Below are positions 25,363 to 36,435 of a stretch of 64,000 bases of DNA, piece after piece. The translations under genes were made by a program, and so were the position numbers. Origin of the DNA: Lingula anatina (lineage: Eukaryota > Animalia > Brachiopoda); NCBI GenBank assembly GCA_051362555.1, contig CM120647.1:19134651-19198650 (forward strand), in the 5' to 3' direction. The notes under the pieces are model-generated. The model had not been told where the DNA came from, did no database searches, and was given only the letters and a program-made list of their open reading frames with translations. Position 1 is the stretch's first letter; each line of letters begins with the position of its first letter.

Positions 25363-26824
25363 TGGCTTTAAGCTCATTGTCTGCTTTTAATCCTCACAAA
25401 GCAATAAAGATGAGTTCTGGGATCGATAACTCGACAGCGTCGCAGCTTACGACAACACGCAAACATGGCGATCCGTCGAAGAAAATGCAATTTGCGACCG
25501 ATTGCTAATAGCGATATTACTGCCTTTTTCGAGGCTATTACAATGTATTTGTAATTGCTGATTGAACATGCAAACCATGTTGGTTTTCCGTCCTTAGTTT
25601 CTTGTACATTTCAAATAAAGCAGACGTGCCTACAGGTGTAAACGGAATTAATCACTCGATCAGCCATCAAGCTTGAAAGTGCAGCTTCCTCCAATTTTTG
25701 GTCGTAAATCTGACCAACTATTCCTCCTTTTTTTATCATATGTAAGAACCCATAAAAATCATGATTTAGGATGCATCAGAGACGCTCAATTCTTTTTTCA
25801 ATTTTATAAAAAATTAAACAGTAAAATATAAAGAATTTGCATAATGTATACAGTATACAGTGAAACGATTTCGGTTTAGCTTGCCTGATAAATGTTTTAA
25901 AAATTCAGTGTTTGAATGAATCATAAGAATAAATCAAATTACCCGTATAACGGGTTCTGGAAAGGTAATTTTGCAAAATAAATACCCTGTAGGTAAATTG
26001 GTTTCAAATACAATAATTTTCTATGTCTGAAATATTATAGTTTCCACTTTGTGACATCGCCTTGAATACATGAAGTTCTATTAAATCACCGACGTTGGGC
26101 TGCTAAGAAAATGAAGGTCAGTAAAACTTCAAAGAATACAAAACTGACATATGAAATAGAAATAAATAATTCAATTCAAATATTTAATAATATGATATAG
26201 GCTTTCCCTCAAGATATATGTATATTGGGGAAAAGTTTCACAAAAATCTTCTTTGTGCAATTTGGTCTTAACTTTAGATAAGAAATTATGTGGTTTACTT
26301 CATAGTTAAACCAATCAAATGTCGGTGGCATGGACTGAAATATTAAAATGGTCGTGTGTTTCTTGTTATAAAATTGGCGCTTGTGGTGTGCGTCATCAGA
26401 GTAAGATGTAAGATTCTGTTCTGTAAGCTTTTAAGAAAAAGACATCAGGAAAAGAAAAATAATCATCGTGTGATACAGCTATAAAAGCACAGCCACAAGG
26501 CATCGATGCACGAAAAGCATGTGTGCGACATCGGCCTTATGCATGATGGAAGTTAATCTTGTGACAATTTTAGGATTTCAAATAAAGAAACAGCTGTTGA
26601 TTTTCCACGATGAATGAAAATCAGAAATGTTTTCTAGATTCATGGTATGAGTAAAATGAAAATATGCGTACAAAACAGGCTGTTTATCTTTGTGGGGCAT
26701 TTATTTCAAAATTAATATTCCTAAACTCTAGCTTGACACAGACAGAAAAATTGCTAGGTTTTGTTGATTGTCTTTCTTTCTTTCTTTTATTTTATTTATT
26801 TTTATTTATTTTTATTTATTTATT

Positions 26825-26860
<36 letters not shown>

Positions 26861-27445
26861 TTTTGTTGTTGTTGTTGTTGAAGAGAGAGAGAGAGGGAGG
26901 GTATTATTCCCAAAGCCAATAGAGAAAAAACGGGCCCAATGCACGTCCTTCTTCTGGATTTACCATTGGGACTGTAAAGTAAACATGTATGTTAGATAAG
27001 ATCATTTCTGAAAGACGGTTGTGGTGCATAACAAACTTTATTTCTGCCACTCTCATGCCCTGTCTATATTTCTCGCATAACACCATTTTATACTATAGCT
27101 GTTCACGATGCAAAAATGCACGAGAAGATTTTGTCAGCATGCTTTGACTGAAAAATCCGTTTATATAAGATTACTCTTGGATATTAAGATTCAAATACAT
27201 TATTCTGATTAAAATATTGACATGATATTGACACATCGTCTCGTCTTTCAAACTACTTCAATTTCGTGTGTGTGCCGTCTTCGGCATAATGCCACGAGTC
27301 GTCGCTAAAGAAGGACACAAACTGGTGAAAATTAATTGATATGAATATCAAGATGAAATTTGAAATATTCGTTCCTCTAATGGAAAACATTTAAAATTGA
27401 AAAACAATTAAGAAAACATAAAGGCGGCTTATTTTCGTACTCTTT

Positions 27446-30275
27446 TCATTGAATTATAAAGAAAAAATGCAGGGGGATAAAAATGACATGGAAGAACATA
27501 TCGGCGCACAACAGGACACCCATAGATCTTTCCACATGGCTCTTGGTAGCTTTTACGCCTGGAATAATATTTTGGTCGATAGCGGGCAGCACGGTGGCAT
27601 CGGTGCTCGTGTTGATAGGATCACAGGCGGATGGGTCGTCCGGGTCTCGGCGAATCAGCGCCACCTGGATATTATTCAGTGCGATGACTTTCCCACCAAT
27701 AGATTCCCTAACTTTCATTTCAAGGCACCTAGCCCGTCTGAGACCCTCTTCATAGTTAGGGATGACAGACTTAAAGCTCACTCTGCCGTGGTATTGAAGT
27801 GTTTCCTTGGGAAAAATATCACACACATAACAATAAGTACGGAGGAAAGAAGAAGATGAGTGATGAAACGTTTTTAACATAATTAAGTAGCAATCATCTT
27901 AAATCTAAAAGCCTCCTTTAAATGTTCAGTAAACAAAATTATGTTAATATTTCAAAATAACAACAGATAAAATCTTGAGTAAATGACAATGATTGCCAAC
28001 TGATTAGCGTTCCTAACAAGTTATAGTTAAAATAGTAAAAAATCGATCAAATATTAATCTGATAAAAAAAGAAAAGGTTACAACGGTTCTTTAACCTATT
28101 TTCACTTACTTTGAGCTCGCATCCATGCAGGATCTCGACTTCCGTGACGTTTTCCACGATGCTGTGAATCACATCATACAGTGGGAAGCAATTCGGCCTG
28201 TCTTGGCCGCCCTCTAGTGAAAATTCAAGTGCCAAAGCAAAGTACAGAAAGCTGAAGTCTGAAAGGATCAGATCGCAGGATTTTTGCTGGGCATCTGTAC
28301 CGTATCCGGGTGGGCATGCCACACCGCTCGCTTTTGGCTGAAACAAAAATCAAAGAACAGTGTTTGGTCATAGGTCTGAAAAGCCGTTGAGACAAAATGG
28401 GATGAAATATACTGAATACTCTGTGTGGGTGTGTGTACGTGTGTGTGAATTTCACTTCTCACGTCGTTTCTTTTACTTTATTTATTTTTTTTTTTTGTTT
28501 GTTTGTTTGTTTTATTTTTCAACCCAAATTTAAGATAATTTTAACATGTTTACACCGTGCTATGAACTTCAATCAAGCATGCCGCCAGAATGTCCTTTTC
28601 TGTAAACGATTTTTCTCTTAATTGGATTGGTCGAAATTAAAGGTCAATTCATCTGATTTAAGTTACACCTTCAAGTTGCCTTTCAAAATGTTATGACGGT
28701 TGCCACATTTGATGCGTATAGCATTTACCAGAAAATGGTGCAGGGATATCTCCCGTTTCAATTACATCTACGTTATCCATGCCATGATCTCATTGTTTCT
28801 GAGGAAAAATGAATAGGCCCTGCTTTATGAAACCATTTATAGGCTTATCTCAGTGGCACTTATACACGAAGAGCGCATGCACTTCATTATCTCATCCAAA
28901 AACTTCTTTATTACATAATTTGAACAGCAACACATTTATTTGTAATTTTCATATTTAATCTTGTGCTAAAATGAAGATTTTGAATAGGGCATTCATGATA
29001 GTCACAATATAGAAGGCCAGGTGACAAGCCACCATGTGAACTCACTGACGCATGCGCACATACAGTGTAGATACCTTACAGGGACACATTTAAACGTGCG
29101 CATGGTGAATCAAGAAAATGATGACAGAAGGTCTCCACTGTATGTGCCAGAGAAAAAAGAAAATCAGGAAAATTTTATAACAAAATACTGTATGATATCT
29201 ATATATATTTTTTTAAGCGATTTTATAAAAATTGCAGCACGATTACCGTTATTTTATTTGTTTTTTTAATGTGACGTTGGGAGAAAGAACTGATTACAAA
29301 GTTGATTATCATAACATCTCATAGAGTCTATGTTTAATACGTACAAGTTAAAAAAACATTGGAAATTCAGACAGATCCCACCTTATAAGCCTAAAGCCAA
29401 AACACTTATTTAAGATAAATTCACAGTGAAGCAGGGGCCAGCACAGCTACCTACAGACTTTTGGTTTTAATGCCAGATTTTGGAAGTAGGAACTGATCAC
29501 GAAGTTGATTATCATAACATCTCAGTTGTGAAATATATATATACACGTTTTAAAAACATATTAAAATCACACAGGATTTACCTTATAACTTTTAAACTTA
29601 AACACTACTTCACAGACCAAAACCCAACCGGCGACGGAGACATATTTACCAAAGTATCCCTCGAAGTTCGATCTTCGTCCGCAGTTAGGACTGCACCAAA
29701 TGTCAATGCATCAAATGAAGTCATTGGTTCATCCATCTCTCCTTTGAACCAAGATTGTACGAATAAATCTTTCTTCCATATAGATAAATTATGAAAACAC
29801 TGATATTTACAATTAAAAATTAGTCTAATCTAATAGCTCAGCCTTCTGTCATAAATGGTACAACTTAATTTAACACATGCATGTTTTCAACTAATCTTTG
29901 TACTTAATACACGCATTTATATATTTTTGTGTAGACTTATGGTTCTTGCTCTACTATCTCACAGATTGTCCAACCCAGGTACACTATGGGTCTAAGCTGA
30001 ATTGATTTTATTTCTTTAGTTTTCCACTTTTTCAAACCTTAGAGAGTCATCTTATGCCCTCTTTAAATATATATTTACCGAAGTAATAACATTTTCCAGC
30101 AGTTTTTTAACCGGTAGCTGGGCGCAGTACAGGTCGGCACGAAGAAAGAAGAACATCCGAGTGTTGGCAGCGCGGTGATGGGGACTTACCACGTGGCCTT
30201 GTAGGCCTGTTGGACCCTTGCTTATGTTGCAGGAACTCAGTATCCATACTACGAATATACGAATAATAATTATAC

Positions 30276-30332
<57 letters not shown>

Positions 30333-31753
30333 TTAAACAATATTACCGTAATGCGTAGAGGTCAATTAAAGGCGTGCAATCCGCTATAGACATACATATC
30401 CCAGCATACATTCCCTTTATCACGAAGGAATACTCGACCCAAAGTGAAGTACGGTACTGTTACCTGTTATTACTTCGGTAAATAAGGCTAAACATGTATT
30501 TTACAAAGGTTTGAATAGGATTTAATGAAAATTGCTGAACAGATAAATCCTTGTGCTTTATGAAGCTCTGGAGCGCACGGCATATTTTAACATGAAATAA
30601 TCTAAAAAATGTACAAAACAAAGGTTGGTTATAACTCACCTGAACATCCTTCGTTAGTGGAGAACCGTATACCACCGTAGCATATCATGCAATGATAATT
30701 CTTGTAGAACGTTGCGCCGTTTTGGACAATATTTGTAAATGATTTACAAGCGTCGCGCAACGTCGATAAAACGACGTCATCTACGTAGAAGAACCTCTGC
30801 ACTGTGTTGTTGACTACAGCAAAATTGCATCGCCTATACGCAGAATCGGGCATATCAGGAAAGCACGGTCTCTGATAGGAGTTTGGTGGGGGTCTAAACC
30901 GAGCAAAGCAATCCAGATCGTCTCTGATGTTTGTAATTGCATTTAACAAACACTCTATGGAATTGCAGGCCAAAAACACCTCCCCTTCGGATCGCCTGCA
31001 ACCGATAAACAGTTTATACGGCACAGCATCATTTACACCATGACATAAAGCGCAGTATTTGTTCTTAAAAGTTACCTCGTTTATCTCGTCGAAGACAGGC
31101 TGCATTAAGCCAAGATTATCTTGAATGTTTGTTCCACTATAATCTGCGCTACATTTCTGTCGGTTTACATCATCGACGGGCCATGTCACAGGGCATTGAT
31201 CAACCATCCAGATGTAGTCATTCTCTACTGTAAAGGGAGAAAATCTTGGAGACGGTGTAGCACTTAGGTAAGGTAGGTTCTAGCAAGACGAAAGGCGTTC
31301 AATAATCTGTTGACTCTCGTTCACGAAGGACACAAACTCGTTGACCGAGCCGTTGTCCAGCGCCTCTGTTGTTCCATTGGTATTGGCTTTAATTGTTTCA
31401 GCGTTGTCATCAGTTTTTTGCGTTTCGGTGTTGGCATGGATTGTGCCGGGACGCGGGCAAGCAATGTTTTGGTCGCAACAATCATTGTATAATGGACATA
31501 AAGCGTCGCATGAACAGTGGATCTTAAATTGAAACAGTCGAAAGATTGATCGTCCACCTGATAAGGCCAGCTTGAACTCTCCACAAAGCCAAGTATTGCT
31601 GGGAAGGAGTGAGGAAGAGGCGGTCGTGTTCTCCGCTGGCAAAGTTGTCGACAATGCGGTGCTGACATCTATTGGCATGTTGGTACGTGAGGCAGACAGA
31701 GTGGATATTTTTAGAAGAATGGTCACCAACTCAAGGACTTTGAAAGTACCCAT
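27446..31753 (-). pseudogene. Paralog 3: SMB-like, Cys-rich, putative GPI-anchored protein with one in-frame TAG (pseudogene, null allele or base-call error); exons 31753-30640, 29741-29650, 28337-28110, 27805-27446
   Basis: Same 4-exon structure and phases (1114+92+228+360=1794 nt), all splice sites intact. A single TAG at 31282-31280 replaces the TTG (Leu) of paralog 2; the frame continues unchanged after it. Confidence 0.75.
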
Positions 31754-31834
31754 CACACTTCCTGAACGCAGGTTTCTGCACTAAAATTTCTTTTCTAGTA
31801 AAGAGAAGTGCGCTTAATATTACGTTGCGGGCGA

Positions 31835-31840
31835 TTTATA
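31835..31840 (-). promoter_or_regulatory. TATA box of paralog 3
   Basis: CCTTTATAAATCGCCCGCAACGTA is identical to the paralog 2 promoter segment. Confidence 0.55.
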
Positions 31841-33313
31841 AAGGTTTCACTTTGAGCCGCGATATGTCTGACGTTTTACAGTTGGCAGTCAAGGTTGGTT
31901 TTCATTGGATGCTTCTTTGCCATCCTCCCCACTCCAACACTTAACTTTTTCCCTGGCCTGTCGTGCTGACACAACAGGCATGTGATGCAAATGGATTTCT
32001 CAAAATAAAATGCATTTCTGGGATAGTTCTTGAAGCTAACAAGCAGCAAAATCATCTACCCGTTGGATTCGTCTGTGGTACATTAACCACGCTAAAGGTA
32101 CATTTAAAGCGAGCATCGGTGGAGCATATAACCACTTAATGCTACCTGTTTCTTATACGGTTCAAATAAAGCCGACACGCCAAGAGGGGTAAGCGGAATT
32201 AATCACTCGATCAGCCATTACGCTAAAAACTGCACGTAAATCCGACCTACTGTTTTCCATCCTTTTAATCATATATTAGTACCAATACCCAAATAATAAA
32301 AAATATCATGATATAGGATTTAACATAGGCACGTACTCCCTTTAAAAACATTTAGAAAAAAAAATTAGAAAATTAAAACAAGAAAATTAAGTTTACTTTC
32401 GTAATGGTACCCTTGAAACGATTGTGGTATTCTAGTAACTTGCCTGATAAAATTTTTGAACAGTTTTGAATGTTTTGAATGATTCATAAGAATAATTTAA
32501 ACAATACAGGGCATGGAAAGGAATAAATTGTAAAACTGCAACATTAGAAATAATCCTGATGGTAACTCGGTTCCAAAAAAAAAAATAGTTTTGTGTGTCT
32601 GGAATATTATAGTAACACATAAGAGTGATCGATCTCTAGGAGTACATGAAGTGCGCTTAAATCACCGATGTTGAACTGATAAATTAATGAAGGTCAGTAA
32701 GTACTCAATGAATACAAAATGACATTTGGAACTCAAATGAAAAATATAATTCAAATATTTGATCATTTGATGCAGCCTTTTCTTGAGGATATTCGCATCA
32801 GGAAATATCCTTACAAAGTAAAAATAATTGCTGTTGACTGTTAGACCAGAAAATGTCGTACATGTACGTAGTATACTTCATAGTTAAACCAATCATATAT
32901 AGTAATCACTGGTCTGAAATAATAATACAGTCGTGTCTTTATTACTATAAAAATAAACGTTAAAAGCGGTTTATCTTGGGTCAAATAGAATACAATTTGG
33001 GAACATAAACTTTGGTTAAAAGGACTCTATGAATAAACGAATAATCATAGTGTGATAGAGTTATAACAGCACAGCTACAAGGCACCGCTGCAAGAAAAGC
33101 ATGTGTGTGACATCGGCCTTATGCAAGAAAACGCAGTTCTTTTCGTGGCGATTTAAGGCTTTCAAATAAATTGCTCTTTCACGGAAGTGTTTCGTAGACT
33201 CATGGTATGAGTTAAATTAATATTTGCGTGCTGTGGAGCATTTATTTCAAAATTAACTTTTCTAATCTCTAGCTTGACAAAGAAGGAAACATTATTTGGT
33301 TTTGTCGCCCTCC

Positions 33314-33349
<36 letters not shown>

Positions 33350-34764
33350 CTTGTAAATTTTCTTTTTGAGAGAGAGAGAGAGGGGGTATAATTTTCAAAG
33401 CCAAAAAAGATGAAACGGACACAATGGAAGTTCTTCTTCTTGGTTTACCATTGGTACTGTATGTTGGGGTGAAAAGTGCTTGGTTAAAGTAGGGAAAACT
33501 TTGTGGTGCATGATGCTGTTTGTTGCGCACGCGGCGATGTGTGCGTTCTTGTATCACATGCTTATAGTTGTCTTGATAAGTTATCCACAGATCATGTGAT
33601 AGAGAGCATGGGCTCTGCATTTGCCAATAAGTTGAATGCTGTTTATTGTGCTTTTCTATATATATATACTATATGCCGCGTGTTTTAGCTAGTCGTCCAG
33701 GGAAGACGGTGCTCTAGACAGTGACCGAGACGTCTAGCGTTTGAGTTTGAGTGCAGCCAGGGGATGGGTGTACCGGGTAATTGTTAAATTTATTAAATTA
33801 TCTTTATAAAGTGGCTTATTGTGTTATCTTGATTTTTTATTTTATATTTCTTTTAGGCCACCACGAATAAATCACAAATAAAATCGCTTGTTACGTTTTA
33901 CTGTAAAAATGTATGCGTTTGCCAATAAACTATATCAATCCCTATGCGGCTATGCGTAACACTGTTCATTTTGCATTGCGAGGGGGCGTGTCCGACAATT
34001 AACCTGATTACACTGACTTTCCCTCAGCAAGAATAATATTTTAGATAGATCAAGCATTTTAAGTTATGAGGGGATGTCAAACAACTAAGATGCCTACCAT
34101 GACTGCGCCTTTAGAAGCGAGATTCCCTGGTCGATTATGCTGGACCGATAACTTTTAATCTGCAACCAGCCTTGGATAAGATTATTTCTGAACGACTGTC
34201 GTGGTGCACAACAAACTTTATTTCTGCCATTTTCATGCCCTATCTATATCTGCCTCATACCGCTATTTTAAAGTATGGCCGTCCACCATGCAAAAATGTT
34301 AGCTGGCTTTGACCGAAAAGTCCGTTTATATAAGATGACTCTTGGATATAAGGATTCAGATACATTGTCCTGGATATAATGTTGACAGGATATTGCTACT
34401 GAGTATTATCATTCAAACTTCTACAACTGCTTAGTGTATATAAAAGTACAGGCGGATCAACACATTTTCTGTTTAGAAAACGACACGAGAATAAATGTCC
34501 ACAGCAAATAGTATACCACTTGTAGACTTGGACAGTTTTGCTGTTTGCTGGGATGGAGATCTTTTATAGATTTGTTTTGTTACTCTTGGTGTTCTTTTTT
34601 TAAAGCAACGGTGGGATGCCGTGTACCCTCCTCCGCATATCCGCCAAATGTCAAACCATGAAGCATTGAATAAAGAAAAATTATACCACTGGGCATTAAA
34701 AAAAATGGAGAAATGAAAATGAAAACACTTGCAAGAATCAACCACATCACCACGATCCATTAAA

Positions 34765-36368
34765 TTACATTACATAGAGGGAATGGCATACATAAATTAC
34801 AAATGCAAAATATCCCAAGAAAGGCTTTGATAGATAACCCGAGGAGCTTTCCTCCAAACCGGGAATGACGCCACTTCTTGTGGAACTCTCCCGGTCGATA
34901 GGGGTCAGCACAGTGGCACCAGTGCTTTCCCCCATTGGATAACAGGCGGATGGCTCGTCTGGTTTGTGGGGTATCGCTGTTATATTGGCATTGCCCATCA
35001 TTAGGATTTTTCCTGTCAGGTGCTGCGAAACGTTCATTTCAAAGCATCTAGCCCGTCTGAGACCAACCTCATAGTTCGGGATGATAGAGTTGAAGCTTAC
35101 TCTACCGTTGTATACAACGGTTTCCTTAGTGTCAGTGGCGTTGGACACCTATGAGAATGAGAAAGAAAATTCCATTACTTTCCTTCAAATTCTAAGGAAC
35201 AGAATGTTTATAAAGTCCAAAATACTTTTAAATAAACTGGTTAGAAAAAAAGCCAATACATATACGAAAAGCTCTTTATGTGGAAAGCGTGTGAGTTGTG
35301 AGGGCCAATACATCAGAGACATCTCAGTACTGAACAACCGGGATATCTCAGAACAGTCACGACTCCACATGCAAATAATCAGAGTGTCACATTTTGACTT
35401 ATTTCATTGAATGGTAAATCCAAATCAATTCACTTATATACTAATGAATAAGGTATCGGCCAAAAACATTAGTCATATATAGTCACAATGCCTCATTCGA
35501 TTGGGCTACTGTTGATATATAATGGGGCAAGGCAGCCTAAAAGTTTGGTCTTAATTGAACAAAGCAACCATGCATTGTACTTACGAGATACTGACACTGG
35601 TGCATGAACTTGGCTTCCGTAAATTTGACCGCTATTTCGTGAACTATTTCGTGAATTTGGAAACATTCCGGCCTCTCGTGCCCATGCTCAAGGATAAACA
35701 CCAAGGACCAAGGAAAATAGATGGCTCTAAAGTCGTGCAAGATGGCATGACATTGTTGTTGGTCGCTGGTTAAGCCGTATCCCGGAAGACACGTCACCCC
35801 ACTCAACTGAGTCTGAAATAGGATCCAAGCAGCTGGTGTGATTGGACAGAGAATAATACTTGCGGAAAATTTCCTTTAGTTTTCCTAGGACGTCCAATAC
35901 AAAATGACCCCAAATCTTACAGGGTCCTACAGGGCGTCCTATTGTGAGCTGTAGAGCACATGTTTCCTATATGACAATTTTTTGTAGAGTCCCAAAGTGT
36001 CCTGTTGGTTCCCTCTGGGGCCTACAGGCGAAGGGGGGGGGCGGTGCACAATCAACAACATGGACCCGTAGATTTAACTGTGAACATAACGGGTGACGGC
36101 TAGGAGGAGGCGGGGGATGTTTTTGGGCAAGTTATTAAAATATTTTAACGACCAACTCTTTACAATAGACCATTTAACGCATTTATACCCTGTAGGAACA
36201 TGCACCCCTTAACAGTTTAAGAGAGAGAGGGAGAGAGAGAGATAAAGAGAGAGACTTATTTACCAAGCCAGTATTCAACATCGTAGGCTCAGGCATTGTC
36301 AGCAACGCACTAAATCGCAGTGCATCAAATTGATTTGACGTCGTTGCAGTTCTTCCTGTAGGTAAATA

Positions 36369-36435
<67 letters not shown>

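Noticed and set aside
30107-30340. GC-rich segment with a long poly-T in intron 1 of paralog 3
   Set aside because: It is a copy-specific insertion, but I could not assign termini, a TSD or a coding family; the poly-K ORF is an artefact.
31395-31413. CTGATGA...GAAAC on the - strand (hammerhead-like core)
   Set aside because: There is no stem II, and it lies in coding sequence (TDDNAET).
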